A stretch of 64,000 bases of DNA from Azolla caroliniana (GCA_043228905.1 JBHGNT010000005.1:18104001-18168000), one strand, 5' to 3'. Numbered from the stretch's first letter, positions 1 through 13,383 are shown. The notes: a model not told the origin generated them from the sequence alone. A program made the numbers and translations.

Positions 1-294
1 TCCATTTTAACAGAAGACCCTAACCCATTTCACCCTTTTTTCAATTCGGAAAACACAAAACCCTGATTCGGAAAACACACAAAAATAGCAAAAACTAGTT
101 CAGACAATGATAAAATACATATCTAAATGATTTGTGGTGGTGATGTTGATCGTAATGCAAGTGGCAATGCTGATCATAATGTTGCACGTCTATGATTGTC
201 AAAAATCCTGCCAAATAGCACAATCTCTTATTTGAAAAATGTCAAAAAATTGACAAGCACTTGGTTTTATACCCTAAACCCTTGTAAGTCGCAC

Positions 295-520
295 GACCCA
301 ATAATTGTAAGTCGGGCGTCTTCTGTAGACCATGGTGTCTAAATATTATAATTAGGGCGTCTTTTATAAAGTAGGATGTTTGAATATTATAAGTAGGGTG
401 TATTTTATAGAGTAGGGGTTCTGAATATTATAAGCAGGGCATCTTCTGCATAACAAGGTGTCTACAGGGTGTGAGTAGGGCATCGTCTACGGAGCAGAGT
501 GTTTGCAGGGTGTGAGTTGT
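295..520. repeat. Degenerate ~39-bp tandem repeat
   Basis: Recurring ataagtagggcgtcttttata...gaatatt-like units; boundaries approximate. Confidence 0.4.
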
Positions 521-1099
521 TGACGCTTGTGCGGTGTCTAATCTATTGTAGTAGATTGTGTGGAAGCATGTGTAGGATCTTGGTGTGGAGGAGGCAAGCA
601 TAGAGTAAACATGAGGTAGTGTGTACTACTTGTGTTACAAGTACTATTCAGTATGCACAAAGAGAACAGAGAGATGTATATGGAAATGAGAAGATCTTAC
701 ATTAATCAACATCACATTGTACATGGTGGAATGCCTCCTATTTATACATGAGAGGGCTCTCTTAGCCCTAACTCCAAGGAAGTGTACACACTAGGACTTA
801 CAATATTAGGAGTAGGATTTTTAGCCCAACAAAATCCCATGTCAAAGGACTACTCTAATTGATACAAGAATTCGGTAGGAATCTCCTCTGTAGGCCTAAG
901 TGCAATCTACGTAGAAATACAAGCTAGGAATCAAGAGTAGTTGGAGAGGGTACGTAGAGTCGGTTTGATGCTCCATCGGCTCGATCGACTTCGTGCTCTG
1001 TCGGTCTCGATCGGCTTGGTGCTTTGTGGCTCTTTCGGCCCTTCTCCTACTTCCTTTGATTTAGTTATTTGGTTTTGTTTGCTTGTTGTAGTCCCATCT

Positions 1100-1690
1100 A
1101 TCAACTTGGTCAGGCAATTGGCGATGTTCACCTCGGTGTCGATCTTTTAGATTTTGAGCTTCTTGTTAGCAATGAGCTCCTGAATGTGATGAAACCTCAC
1201 CTCTATGTGCTTCACCTTTGCATGATAGACTGGATTCTGCATGAGGTGTATTGTACTCTTTGAGTCGCAATGCAGGATCGGAGTGATTTGGACAATTCGG
1301 CTCATGGTCGAAAAGTAATCCGTCAGTCGTTACAGGCAAATAACTTCTTTTGCTTATTTGGACGCAACTATGTATTCGGCCTCTGCTGTAGAGAGAGTTG
1401 TACACTCTTGAAGTTTCGATCGATCTCCATGATATTGCTCAGCCTGCATAGGTGAACACATATCCTAAGGTCGACTTCAGATTCTCAGAGTTTTCGGCAT
1501 AGTCGGAGTAGGTGTAGCCTTCAACCTTGGTTGGATGTCCCAAACCAAATGTCAGTTGCATATTCTCCGTTTCTCGAAGGTAGCATAATATTTTCTTGAT
1601 GGCTTCCCAATGCGTCTTCCCTAGGTTCGACATATACTGACTGGTAGCACTTACGACATAAGTGAGATCAAGTCGGGTGGTGATTTCTAT
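1100..1690 (-). pseudogene. Ty1/Copia RT C-terminus/RNase H remnant
   Basis: Minus-strand translation gives HWEAIKKILCYL, GYTYSDYA, STLGYVF and NPVYHAKVKHIEVRFH...NIANCLTK, with stops and frameshifts. Confidence 0.8.
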
Positions 1691-2304
1691 ATATTATCAG
1701 CTTAATCCACAAATTCTGGGGAATCATAGCTCATTGGCGCCCAAAGTCCCCAATCTCCCTAGACCCTAGACAAAGAGTCTCTTGGGACATTATCTAATCT
1801 AATACATTTAGGTCTTAATCCACTATGCTTGTAGGTTAATACCCACCATGGAAATAACATAATGTTACATAATAATCAACTTATCATGTCATGGGAATCA
1901 TAATATGATATTATGACCTAATCATAACTTAATCAATCATACATGCCTGAGATAATCAAAATGTAATGTTAGTTTCCTAACCTAATTAGCAGGAAATTCA
2001 TATTTGTGAAAATCAATGTTAAGATTCAAGAATGTGCTTTATATGATAGCACTCGAATTCTTTTGAAGAGATGTAAGAGGTTGGGAAAACAAAACAAAGT
2101 GATTCAATGGACGAATGAACTATTGATGCGCCACATGCAACATGCAATCATCGAGTTTCGCATCTCGATATGTAAGCATAGGCAATCGATGAAGTATATC
2201 ACATTCACGATCACCCACTCACTCGTTGATCCTCACCATGGGCTAGGTCCTGCCTCATAGACCAAAATTGGCCTTCCATGGACATTAAAAATAAATCATT
2301 CACT

Positions 2305-2753
2305 CTGTCTGTATGTCTGTCTCTCTCTCTCAGCCACACACACACCAATGCGCGCCCACACACACACACACACACACACACCACACTCTTTCTCTATCCA
2401 CGGTCACTCTCTACCGTGGACGATAAAAAATCTATTCACTCTGGTTCCAGAATTCATGTTATTTGCCACTCAAGAAAGATTGAAGACCATCATCATCGTT
2501 GTGATCATCATCTTCTTCATGATCACGATCACGATCGTCATCGTCATCGTCATCATCATCATCTCTGTCTCTCTCTAAGAAACCTAATAAACACTAAATC
2601 CCCCATCCCCACCCTACCCAAGCCAGCGCAGCCTAGTCCATAAATCGTACGTTAACATATTTTGCAAACGACGAAATGGGTGATACTTTCGGTAGGTGGA
2701 GAGTAGTAGTAACATATCGAGAGAGAGGTATGTGTCAACATAGATGGGTGGAC

Positions 2754-2789
<36 letters not shown>

Positions 2790-2806
2790 TGTGTGTGTGT
2801 GTGTGT
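2305..2806. repeat. Microsatellite cluster (CT/CA/CAT/GA/GT)
   Basis: Simple repeats directly visible. Confidence 0.85.
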
Positions 2807-3414
2807 GGTGAGAAGTAGCCGGTTCAAAATTTATGAACCGGCTAGATTCCTTTGTCCCTCACATTGGCCAACATAAATCCCAATGTAACCAAAACGTTGA
2901 CACTTTTCTTGGGACTTTGCCCAATATTGCTTCACACCTACTAAGGGAATTTCATGGAAAAAATTTACAGATTTCTATTGAAAGAAAAGGGCTTTATAAC
3001 ACGCACATGCTCCCAATACTCATATATTGAAACATTCATATTTGTCCACATATTTGCTTTTGAGAATATCTACGAAAATAAAAATCATGAAGAAAAAAAA
3101 CTAAATAAAAAAATTAAAAATAAGTAGTAAAATAAGATGATAAGAGTAGAAGTGCAATAAATGAATGTTAAAAAACGAGAAATGAATGATCAATAAATAA
3201 TAAACGAAGTTGATTAAAGTGGAAGTCCAAAAAATGAATGTTAAAAATAAGTTCAAGATGGGGCCTGAAGTCATGACCTTTGACATAACATGAATGCTTT
3301 AACCAATGTCCAAAAATTACATCAAATATTTTTATAAATATTTACGCTCGAATGCGTTCTTAAGCCATTCACGAAAAAATGCATCAAGAACATCAATATT
3401 TGGACTTGTGGTTT

Positions 3415-3933
3415 TGAAGAGAACAAGATCAACCACAACCGATTATAACTCACAAGTGGAAATGAAAGAATAGAAAATGAATACACAATCAAGAGGATAC
3501 ATGATAATTACGTGGAAAACCCTGAAAGGGAAAAATCACGGGAGCCCATAGACTCCGAATTGTTACACTGTATATGAAAGGATACAAGGAGACTCGCGGG
3601 CAACAACCTCGACCTCGTCTTCGTTTAACAGACGCTTACAAGAGAGTTACATCTTACTCTCACACACTCTCTCTTACACAATCAACTATATCAACAACAT
3701 AGATATCTAACTACTTGCCCTAATTATATTTATACTCATATACGATATGGGCTGTTTACAAATATAGGCCTGAGTCAGCTATTATCCAAATCGATTATTG
3801 TTCGCTTTTCGGCCTTGACCGAATCGATAATTGGTCCATTTTTTGGCCTCGACCGAGTTACTATCGACTGATTAAGCTTACTCTTCTCTCTGACTCGCAC
3901 TCTCCTCCCATTGGAGGGACCTATTTCTCAACA
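3415..3933. mobile_element. Probable solo LTR
   Basis: TG...CA ends (tgaagag...ctcaaca) flanked by a near-identical 5-mer, ggttt/agttt. Confidence 0.45.
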
Positions 3934-6903
3934 AGTTTCAATTCAATGAGTAGAAATGATAGCATTAGGCTCAAGGACTTTGTAAAACATAGTTTTACAA
4001 CATTGTTGAGCAAGCAAGCTCAACATGGGCTAGACCGGATGGACAAGCAGTTAGGCCACACTAGAATCAATCTGGTTGGCTAGGCCCACTTAGGTTGATA
4101 AGCCTAAGCTCGGGACTAGGTTTCGAACCGGATGCCGGAAGAGTTGAAGAAGCCGGATAACGGATCGAGATGACCTTAGAATGTCGAGGACAATATACAT
4201 AACCATAACTTGATACTAAATGGAAAAAGTGATAAGGAACTTACAAACATTGATGAAAATATACATTACCAAATTTGGCCTCTTATGCTCACATAGTAGT
4301 GATAAACACTAATGAAATATATTCACAACAAGAACTAAACGGATCTTGTACAAATACTAAAAGTGATTGGATGTTGAGACACTTATAACACTAGGAAATG
4401 TAAACAAACCCATACGGGGATATCCTTTGACTAATCTAAACATTGTTGAATGAACAACAATTTTCCAACTCGAAGGGAGACAACTTTCGCATGTCGATTG
4501 CCTCCTCATACATTAGGATATCTCCAAGTTACCTTGTCGACAAATATTAGATACAATTGATTCGATGTCGAGAAGCTTATTAATAATAGTGAGTGTAAAC
4601 AAGCCCTTACGAGAGTATCCTTCGAATGATCTAAAACATTGTCGAATTGGTCGACTATTTTTTTTCAAATTGAGAGGAGACAACTTGTGCATGCCGATCA
4701 CCAACAAGATCTCTCTCTCTCTCTCTCTAAGTTACCTCACATACACAGAGGAGAACTCCCGATAGCTCCATCTCTTGTCTTGGGCGGGCATGGACCTGTG
4801 GCGCTAGACCGAACAATGAGACGTCATGGAAGAAGAGGTCCTTGGTTTCCACGGAACCAAACAAGAGGGGACTCTAGTTTTCCATTGTCCTAGTGTGAAC
4901 CCATGTTTGATTCATAATTCATGGGGGTTGCAAATGAAGTGGCATTCTGCTCCTCCTCACTATCTGTTCCCTCCTTAATCTCACAATTAGCAGAATTAGA
5001 GGTGCTAATCGTGTGTGACTCAAAGGTTAAGGAAGATTTATTAACATACAAATTTTGGGGCTTCATTGGTTGAGTTAGAGCTCTGAATTGGATGATTGAT
5101 TGTTAGGGCTCGAAATCACGTCCATCAGAAGTCATTGTCCTCTCACATTATTCGCTTCTAAGTCCTGATTTATGGAACGATTAGAGGACATATTTGGTCG
5201 AATTGGATCAACAAGAGAATTGGGTTGGATTAAAACTGAAGAATTAGGGCAGATTTGAGGATTAATGGCTGGATGGGGGCGAAAATGAGTGCTTTTTCCA
5301 ATAGTATATGGGGTTTTATTTATTGAAGAAGAAGAAGAAGAAGAAACGTGGCTTTGATTGCTACGATTATCTTCAGAAGAAAAACGAAAGAATCCATGGA
5401 AGGTTCTTCTGATGTGAGAGAGGAGGAGGCAGAGGCGAATGATGGAGGCTGCGGCGAGAGAGATAAAGAAAAGCATGGGACCCAAAGAGTAAGAAGGAGA
5501 ATATGATGAAGAATGACTGTCGTCTAAGGTAGAGTTGTGTGAAGAAGCCATGGAAGCTTTGTCTGTGTTCCTTTTGTCATAGAATACTCTTCTTGATCCC
5601 ATGGGCAGTTCTAACTTCTCCTCTTCACATGGTAGTTCATACTATCCATACCAAAGAGTTCTTTGTACCCCGGCCCAACACATAACTTCTTGTCGAACTC
5701 AGGTGCCAACACAAATCCGCTTAGGACTAGCCCGTCTAACAAATAGCTCCCACGAGGACAAAGCCCTTGTATAGCTCAATTGCATACGCTACTACCCAAT
5801 CGAACTTCCTTTAAGCGCATGTAGCGCATGTAGTGCATGTGTCTGTACTGTATTGGTCGTGGTCATACAATGGTCTCATCTGGGTTGTCGACTGAGAGTG
5901 AGAGCCACAAGGTCTGTCAATTAGCAAGCTCTAAAACCTTTTCCGTTGTTGCAAGAATCCATGATGTGAAATGCAAAGCATGACCATCGGGATCCTGAAC
6001 CATGTAATGTGCTCGGTATGAATGTGGTTGGGGTAAACAAATGACTTTGCACTCTTTTGGACTCGTTTAATCAAGCTTCTTGTCTAGTACTTTTCAAAAT
6101 ACATTATGTGTGGAATAATGTACTCGGTATAACCGTGAGTGTGGATTTGTTTGTGCATGCACATATGCTTGTGGATATGTATTAAGTGTGAGTGCACATG
6201 CAAGCATGTTGAACGTGCACATATTTGCATTGAACTACATGTGTACTACATATAAAAGTGGAAATGTTCTTCATGTGCTTAATGCATGTTTTCGTTGGCA
6301 TGAGGCACATGAACACATTTGTGAGAATCTGCATGTATGTGTGTCATAAATTTACATGAACTACAGGGTATTCTAGGAGTGTAAAGTTCCCTCCCTCTCT
6401 TTATATAAGTGGGTAGAGCTCTAGAGGCGGAAGTGTATGTGGTCAGGTTGAAGGGGATCCATACTAGGTGAGAGGCCTTGGCTTGATGGGATGGGGCAAC
6501 AAGCTAAGCACATTGATTAATGATGGAGAACAACAATTATAGTTGTTATGTCGATGGGGAAAGGGCTTGTTGCTTGCTCCTCTTCATTCCCTCTTTGAGC
6601 TTAGATGGCATGTCATGTAAATGCTCCCTAGTAAGAAGAAATTCCTTCATGTACAAAATTGTTTTGGAAGGCTTCAGTTGAGATGGCCAATTGCAGCTGA
6701 GAATAGAGTTAACACCTCTAATTTCCTCATTGATTATGGGCCTCTAGCCTTATGTTACGTGCATAACTATAACTAATCACGAGATAGTTTTTCCATAATC
6801 ATATTATGAGTACATACTTGAGGGTTAATTCAAAAAGGAACGAGGGTATAAATTGTTATATTCAATTCTACAACGTTAGATAACTATTATGTGTATTATT
6901 TAT

Positions 6904-7304
6904 TGTAAACGTAAGTGTTTGCGGAAGCGTAAAACAGAGAACAACAAAGAGAGAGAGAGAGAGAGGCAGAGAGAGCAGAACGTAATTTCAAAATTATATC
7001 AAGACTCTGTACACACACTGTGCTAAGTAGCACTATTTATACAAGTCCTCTTGGGACTGACAGAAGTACCATGTACTTCAATGCTCACACGAGCATCTGA
7101 CACTTACTACGAGACTATAGCTACCTAGTAGTCTATCCTATACTAGGCTTCCGACTAGTCTTCCGGTTACAGATTGCACCTGGCCTCCACTGCTTGCCGG
7201 TTTGGTTGCTCACCGTCATACCGATCCGTTTCGCCCGATCCGTCTCGCTTACCGGCTCCGGCTTATTAAGCCGATCCGGCTCCGGTTGAGCTTGCCGCTC
7301 AACA
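6904..7304 (-). repeat. 3' LTR of Copia A
   Basis: tgtaaacg...ctcaaca; about 10 substitutions and one GA indel versus 12436-12838 (counted by eye). Confidence 0.95.
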
Positions 7305-7619
7305 CTCCCCCTCAAACTCAACCTGAGGTGGGGTCGTAGTGTCGACCTCTGTGGCAGTTGGTTCTTCCAACCGACTTCTCCTGGTGTCACTCCGCCTTGC
7401 TCGTGCTCCTCGTCTGGTCCGGTCCCCTTTGCCGCGAACCCTTTGGTTCTGCGTGCCTCGACCCTCTCGGTCGGCATGTCTGCTCAATAGGCCCATCTCA
7501 GCACTCACGTTGTTGTGACTTCGGCGCTTGCCGATCCGTCGGTTCTCCCACGATGGCATCGACTTCCGCTGTGTCCGTGTCCCCTTGGCCTTCAGTCGAT
7601 CCGACTCATCCGGATCCAT

Positions 7620-10600
7620 CTATTGATCCGAGTCAACTGTCTCCGACTCGTTCCAGCTCTTGTCCGAATCGGTACACTCCGATTCGACTTCCGGCTTCAG
7701 GCCTCTCACCACATCGGACCACTTCCGTGTCTTGGCCTTCTCCATGCTTCCCTCGGCTTCTTCAGCCGGTGAACCGAAATCGAATTCTTCATTCGACTCT
7801 GTATCATGGTTAGTACCGTCGTGATGACCTCCGCACAACATGCACTTCTCTTCCTGAGTGCACAACTCTTCTTCACAGCCGCTTGCTCCGACCTGTTCGG
7901 ATGTGTCGACTTCCTTCCTTGACTCGGCTTCCTTCATCTTCTTGTCTCCTCTTCTTCCGGCTCTCCTCTTACCGACGGGTTCAACAGTTTTTTGGCCTTT
8001 GCCCGTTTCGGAAGAGACTTTGCCCTTGCTTCTCCCCCTCAAGTGCGGCACGTCGAGATGCTGAATACCAAGCATGTCGGTAAAGTGCTGCAACTTGTCC
8101 GATCCGAGCGGCTTGGTGAAGATATCGGCAAGTTGCCGATCCGTATGAACATATCGTAGGTCAACTTCACTGCTCAGGACCCGCTCACGCACGAAGTGGT
8201 AGTGCACCTCGATGTGCTTTGTGCGAGCATGGAACACGGGGTTCCTGGCGAGCTGCAGGCTGCTCATGTTATCGCAGTAAATCGGGATCGGGTTCGGTAC
8301 CTCGATCCGCAAGTCTCGCAGCAGTCGCCGAAGCCAAATGGCTTCACAAGTGGCAATGGTAGCGGCCCGGTACTCAGCCTCAGTGCTTGACAAAGCCATT
8401 GTGGGCTGCTTCTTGCTGCTCCACGCAACGGCCGCACTACCTATGGAGAACATGTATCCGGAAGTGGAGCGGCGATCAGATGCATCGCCGGCCCAGTCAG
8501 CATCTGTGTAACCGACAAGCTCTTCGGGTATACCTCGCCGGTATAGCAGTCCCCGGTCCTTAGTGCCGCTGACATACCGTAATATACGTTGCGCGCACTG
8601 AAGGTGCTCCACAGTCGGCTTCTGCATGAACTGACTTACCATGCCGACCGGATAACTGATGTCGGGTCGGGTGATGGTTAAGTAGATCAGGCTTCCGACA
8701 ACCTGTCGGAACCGTTTCTCATTGCAGGCCGGTCCGGAGTTGGGATGGAGCTTCTGGTTCCAGTCCAGGGGTGTGGAGACAGGTCGGCAATCCGTCATGC
8801 CGAACTTATACAGCATATTCAACACGTAATGTCGTTGTGAGAGCAATATGCCGTCGGGGGTCCGGATCACTTCGATCCCAAGAAAATAATGAAGGTCCCC
8901 CAGGTCCTTCATTTCGAATGCGTCCGACAACTGGGACTTGACGCGGTTGATTTCGGGAAGACCCGGTCCGGTGATGACTAAATCATCCACATACAAGAGT
9001 ATACATACCGGACCGTCAGAGCCTTGCTGGATGAACAACGAAGAGTCCGACTTAGAGACAACAAACCCCAGCTTACACAACCGGTGCGTGATCTTCGCGT
9101 TCCAAGGTCGGGGGGCTTGCTTCAAGCCGTAAAGCGACTTCTTCAGTCGGCATACCGCCGATTTGTTCATCTCCGATAGAAATCTGGGGGGCTGAGTCAT
9201 AAAGACTTCTTCTTCAAGCTCTCCTTGAAGGAAGGCGTTCTTCACATCCATCTGGTGAAGATGCCACCCCTTTGCCGCAGCAACCGCCAGTACCACACGA
9301 ACCGTCGTCATCTTCGCCACAGGAGCGAAGGTCTCGTCGTAGTCGATTCCGTGGGTCTGCGCGTATCCCTTCGCCACTAACCGGGCTTTGTACCGGTTAA
9401 CAGAACCGTCGGCGTTGTACTTGACCTTGTACACCCACTTGCATCCGATCGGTTTACAGTGATGGGGAGGATCAACTAGGTCCCAAGTTTCGTTGGCATC
9501 GAGTGCCCGCATTTCTTCGTCCATAGCGGCACACCAATTTGCATCCTTTGCCGCTTCTACATAGCTCTCCGGCTCACGCACTTCTGTTACCTTAGACATG
9601 TACGCATAATGATGCGTCATGTATTCATTGTACCCGTACCGCATGACGGGATCCTTCTGGCGGGTTGATCGGCGCAACGCACCGTCACCTGATTTGAGGC
9701 CCTTCTTGGCCAGTTCGGTCTTCGTTGCCGAAGATCCGCCTTTCTCCTTTCCGGAGTCGGATACGCACCGATCCGACTCATCGTTGCCGGTTTCGAATTC
9801 CGGCATCTTCCTCTTCCCCTTCTCTTTGCGCGTGAACCGTTTCCTTGGTTCCTTGCGCGGGGAGAGCACGGCAGAGTCTCCACCACTTGCCGTCTCTTCA
9901 TCTGACTGGTCCAACCGACTCAGTCGCTCGTTTGGGCCACTCAACTGCAACGATTCCGGACTCTCATCTTGAGTCCCGGCTTTATCATCCTCTTCCAAGG
10001 TTGATTCAGGCTCACTGGCCTGATCTTCCGGCATTGGGTCTGGATCGGAAGTCGGAGTCGGTACGGAGTACCAGGATGCCGATTCATCGAACTCGACATC
10101 CCAGCTAACTCGGACTTCCTTCGTCCGGGGGTTATAGCACTTATACCCCTTTTGCTCTGGAGCATAGCCGACTAGGATGCATTTTCCCGATTTTGCATCC
10201 AGCTTTCTCTGCTTCTGATCCGGCACATGCACATATGCTATGCTGCCGAATATCCGAAGGTGTCTTAAGTTTGGCTTGCGCCCGAAATACAGCTCATGAG
10301 CTGACACCTTGTCACCAATGCGGTTTTGTATGTAGACGACAGTCTGGACCGCCTCCGCCCAGTAGAACCGGGGCATGCTCTTCTCCTCCAGCATTGTCCT
10401 TGCCGCTTCGACGAGTGTCCGGTTCTTCCTTTCGGCCACACCGTTTTGCTCCGGTGTGTATTTGCAGCTGAACTCTCGCCGAATTCCCTTCTGCTGCAGA
10501 TAACTAGTGAATTGGCCGGAAAAATATTCCTTTCCGCCATCCGACCGAAGGCATTTGATCTTCCTCTCCGATTCCCGTTCCACCATCTTCTGGAGGCTCT

Positions 10601-11384
10601 GGAAACAGTCAAAGACTTCGCTCTTCCGCTCAATGAGGTAGATCCAAGTATGTCGAGTATAGTCGTCGATGAAGGAGACGAAGTATCGGCTCCCGCCAAG
10701 GCTTACACTTTGTGCCGGTCCCCACACATCCGAATGGATGAGATCGAGCTTGTTACGGCTCCGGTTCCGTTCGGTGGGGAATGGAAGCCGATGTTGCTTC
10801 CCAAGTTGGCAGGCTTCACAAATTTCAGCTCTCCGGCCGCTGAACTTTGGCAAACCGAAAACGACTTGTTTCGTTTGCAGGTCTTGAAGCCTCCGGTAGT
10901 TGACGTGGCCTATCCGCTTGTGCCATAGGTCGATGTCCGACTCGACCTTCTGTCGTTTCGCGAACAGAGCGGTGCCAATGTCATTGGTGTTGAGGATAAA
11001 CATCCTCCCGTCTCTGCGCCCTTGCGCAATGACTTCGCCCTCATCCTCAATGAAGCACCCGAGGTGCGTAAACCGCACCTGCATCCCTTGGTCGACAATC
11101 TGACTGACGGACACCAGGTTCTTCGTGATCATCGGAACGTGTAATACATTCATCAGCTTCCCTTTCTGTCCAACATGGCTTAGAGGGGCTTCTCCGACGT
11201 GCACGATTGGGTGAGGAGTGTCGTCTCCGGTTTCGACTACTCCTGGTTGATCCGGTTTCTCCAGAAAGGAGAACCACTCTTTGTGGCTCGTCATGTGGTT
11301 CGACGCGCCGGAATCAACATACCACACTTCCTCCGTTTTGGAAGTGGTCTTCTTCATTGAGTTTGCCTTGTGATTCATCACCAA
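7620..11384 (-). CDS. pol: Copia pol polyprotein (protease, GAG-pre-integrase, integrase, RT, RNase H, charged C-terminal extension)
   Basis: 1254-aa ORF with WYVDSGASNHMT, WHKRIGH..CEAC, HSDVWGP, LRSDGGKEY, YKARLVAKG, LYVDDL, YTDADWAG, KHIEVHYHF, ADIFTK. Confidence 0.95.
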   Translation of the reverse strand: MVMNHKANSMKKTTSKTEEVWYVDSGASNHMTSHKEWFSFLEKPDQPGVVETGDDTPHPIVHVGEAPLSHVGQKGKLMNVLHVPMITKNLVSVSQIVDQGMQVRFTHLGCFIEDEGEVIAQGRRDGRMFILNTNDIGTALFAKRQKVESDIDLWHKRIGHVNYRRLQDLQTKQVVFGLPKFSGRRAEICEACQLGKQHRLPFPTERNRSRNKLDLIHSDVWGPAQSVSLGGSRYFVSFIDDYTRHTWIYLIERKSEVFDCFQSLQKMVERESERKIKCLRSDGGKEYFSGQFTSYLQQKGIRREFSCKYTPEQNGVAERKNRTLVEAARTMLEEKSMPRFYWAEAVQTVVYIQNRIGDKVSAHELYFGRKPNLRHLRIFGSIAYVHVPDQKQRKLDAKSGKCILVGYAPEQKGYKCYNPRTKEVRVSWDVEFDESASWYSVPTPTSDPDPMPEDQASEPESTLEEDDKAGTQDESPESLQLSGPNERLSRLDQSDEETASGGDSAVLSPRKEPRKRFTRKEKGKRKMPEFETGNDESDRCVSDSGKEKGGSSATKTELAKKGLKSGDGALRRSTRQKDPVMRYGYNEYMTHHYAYMSKVTEVREPESYVEAAKDANWCAAMDEEMRALDANETWDLVDPPHHCKPIGCKWVYKVKYNADGSVNRYKARLVAKGYAQTHGIDYDETFAPVAKMTTVRVVLAVAAAKGWHLHQMDVKNAFLQGELEEEVFMTQPPRFLSEMNKSAVCRLKKSLYGLKQAPRPWNAKITHRLCKLGFVVSKSDSSLFIQQGSDGPVCILLYVDDLVITGPGLPEINRVKSQLSDAFEMKDLGDLHYFLGIEVIRTPDGILLSQRHYVLNMLYKFGMTDCRPVSTPLDWNQKLHPNSGPACNEKRFRQVVGSLIYLTITRPDISYPVGMVSQFMQKPTVEHLQCAQRILRYVSGTKDRGLLYRRGIPEELVGYTDADWAGDASDRRSTSGYMFSIGSAAVAWSSKKQPTMALSSTEAEYRAATIATCEAIWLRRLLRDLRIEVPNPIPIYCDNMSSLQLARNPVFHARTKHIEVHYHFVRERVLSSEVDLRYVHTDRQLADIFTKPLGSDKLQHFTDMLGIQHLDVPHLRGRSKGKVSSETGKGQKTVEPVGKRRAGRRGDKKMKEAESRKEVDTSEQVGASGCEEELCTQEEKCMLCGGHHDGTNHDTESNEEFDFGSPAEEAEGSMEKAKTRKWSDVVRGLKPEVESECTDSDKSWNESETVDSDQ

Positions 11385-12341
11385 GGCTGGTCCCTTACCG
11401 GCCTTTCCGGTTCCGGATCCTCCAGATCCGTTTGCATAGTGCGAGTTTTGCCGGCCATCCTTACCGGTCTTGCCGGATCCGGATTTGTCTGAATCGGCAC
11501 GCTTTCTCCAACACTCGCTTTCCCTGTGGCCTTTTTTGCCACAGTACTAGCATTCTGTAGCGGATTTGTCTTGCCGGCCTCCGGCACCGCCTTGACTCCC
11601 CCTGCTTGTGGAAGTCCCGGAACTGCTGTCGGCACACTCATAGTGCCTCCGTTCCTGCTCTTGCCGGTCGCCTCCATTGCGTGCCGACCCACCTCTTCCA
11701 CCACGCCCACAGTGCCGATCCGTTCCCGTGTACAACATTCGGCTGTCCGGGGATGCACTGGTAGATGCACCGGCGTGGTTCTCCTCTACAAGGAGCATCG
11801 ACTGTAAGTCGAAGAATGAGGGGGTATTCTCCCTTGTACACACCGCAGTCCGGAACGCTCCGAACTTGGACGCTAGGCCTCCGAGACATACCTGCACCAT
11901 CTCGTCTTCCTCTATGGTAACATTGATAGAGGCGAGCGAGTCGCATATTTCCTTTATCTGGCCCGTGTAGTCTGCCACGGACATGTTCTTCTGTCGAACA
12001 TTGCTCAACTCCTGTCTGAGTTGCAGCTTCCGGGCAGTGGTGCTTGCGGCGAAAACCTTTTTCAGGTTCCCCCAAGGATCCTTTGGTGTCTTGGCGTCAC
12101 GGATGTGGCTGAGCAGCTGATCGCCGACACTGGACGCGAAGCAGTACATCACCCTTCTTGCCGCCTGTTCCCATACCGGGAAGTCCTTGTGTGTCGAGTC
12201 GGGCGCCGCATCATTCGCTCCTTCGACATAACTCTAGTACCCGTGCCCAAGCAGGTACTGGTGCATCTTGTAAGACCAGGATGCGTAGTTGCTCCTGTCG
12301 AGCTTCTCCACCGGGAGCGACGTAGCCATGCCTCTATCCAT
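11385..12341 (-). pseudogene. gag: Copia gag, in frame with pol, broken by two TAG stops
   Basis: EKLDRSNYASW, UBN2-like core and C*YCGKKGHRESEC knuckle; stops at 12234-12236 and 11547-11549 sit at Trp positions. Confidence 0.9.
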
Positions 12342-12423
12342 GTCTTCTACTGTGTCTGTTTTCGACCTGTTAGGGTTTTCTTCACAAGAGTAAATGTCTG
12401 CAGCAGAGGTTCTCAACCCTCAC

Positions 12424-12435
12424 GCTCTGATACCA
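12424..12435 (-). promoter_or_regulatory. Primer-binding site (tRNA-iMet)
   Basis: TGGTATCAGAGC on the minus strand directly after the 5' LTR. Confidence 0.92.
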
Positions 12436-12838
12436 TGTAAACGTAAGTGTTTGTGGAAGCGTAAAACAGAGAACAACAAAGAGAGAGAGAGAGAGAGAGG
12501 CAGAGAGAGCAGAACGTAATTTCAAAATTATATCAAGACTCTGTACACACACTGTGCTAAGTAGCACTATTTATACAAGTCCTCTTGGGACTGACAGAAG
12601 TACCATGTACTTCAATGCTCACACGAGCATCTGACACTTACTACGAGACTATAGCTACCTAGTAGTCTATCCTATACTAGGCTTCCGACTGGTCTTCCGG
12701 TTACAGATTGCACCCGGCCTCCATTTCTTGCCGGTTCGGTTGCTAACCGTCATACCGATCCGTTTTGCCCGATCCGTCTCGCTTACCGGCTCCGGCTTAT
12801 TCAGCCGATCCGACTCCGGTTGAGCTTGCCGCTCAACA
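12436..12838 (-). repeat. 5' LTR of Copia A
   Basis: Direct repeat of 6904-7304. Confidence 0.95.
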
Positions 12839-13383
12839 TTTATTAACCACTTCACATAGAGTACTCAAGTGTGAATACACTAGGACCTAGGGTTTCTACC
12901 TGTATAAGAACACTAGCTACCTTCTTATCAAATAGAGGCTTGACTTATGTTGAGCCTATGACATTGTAGCTATGGCTCTTGTTAGCGAACCATGTGTGAA
13001 CCTTGTGGAACCCAAGGCACGACTTGCATCAACGCTGAATCGTATGAGTCATCAAGGCGGTTTGGGTTCGTCTCACACGATTACTAGGGGTTGGTTAGGT
13101 AGTTTGGCACCCTCTTTCCTTTATTTGGTCTATAATTACTTATATTTCATTTTAATTAATTCATTAGAATCTAACTGTTGGTAACATAGCATAGGTTTTT
13201 TTCTTTTTCATGTTTTCACTTGTTTGTTTCTTATGATTCTTGGAAAAAAAAATGAGGTACAACCTTTCGATTTGGTAACAAGTGAAATGTGAAGTTTAAT
13301 ATTTATAAAAAAACTTTCCTTCTTTCTTATTGTATATTCTCTATAACTATGTGATGTAATTTTGTGTATTCTTGTGTTCACGT

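Larger units (their letters stand above)
6904..12838 (-). mobile_element. Full-length Ty1/Copia LTR retrotransposon (Copia A)
   Basis: Paired LTRs, perfect 5-bp TSD TTTAT (6899-6903, 12839-12843), tRNA-iMet PBS, PPT at 7305-7315, order gag-PR-INT-RT-RH. Confidence 0.97.

Noticed and set aside
2278-2643. His-rich or Ile-rich ORFs
   Set aside because: Translations of CA and CAT microsatellites.
5132-5602. 156-aa Ser-rich ORF as a host gene
   Set aside because: Low complexity, no recognisable motif, repeat-like surroundings.
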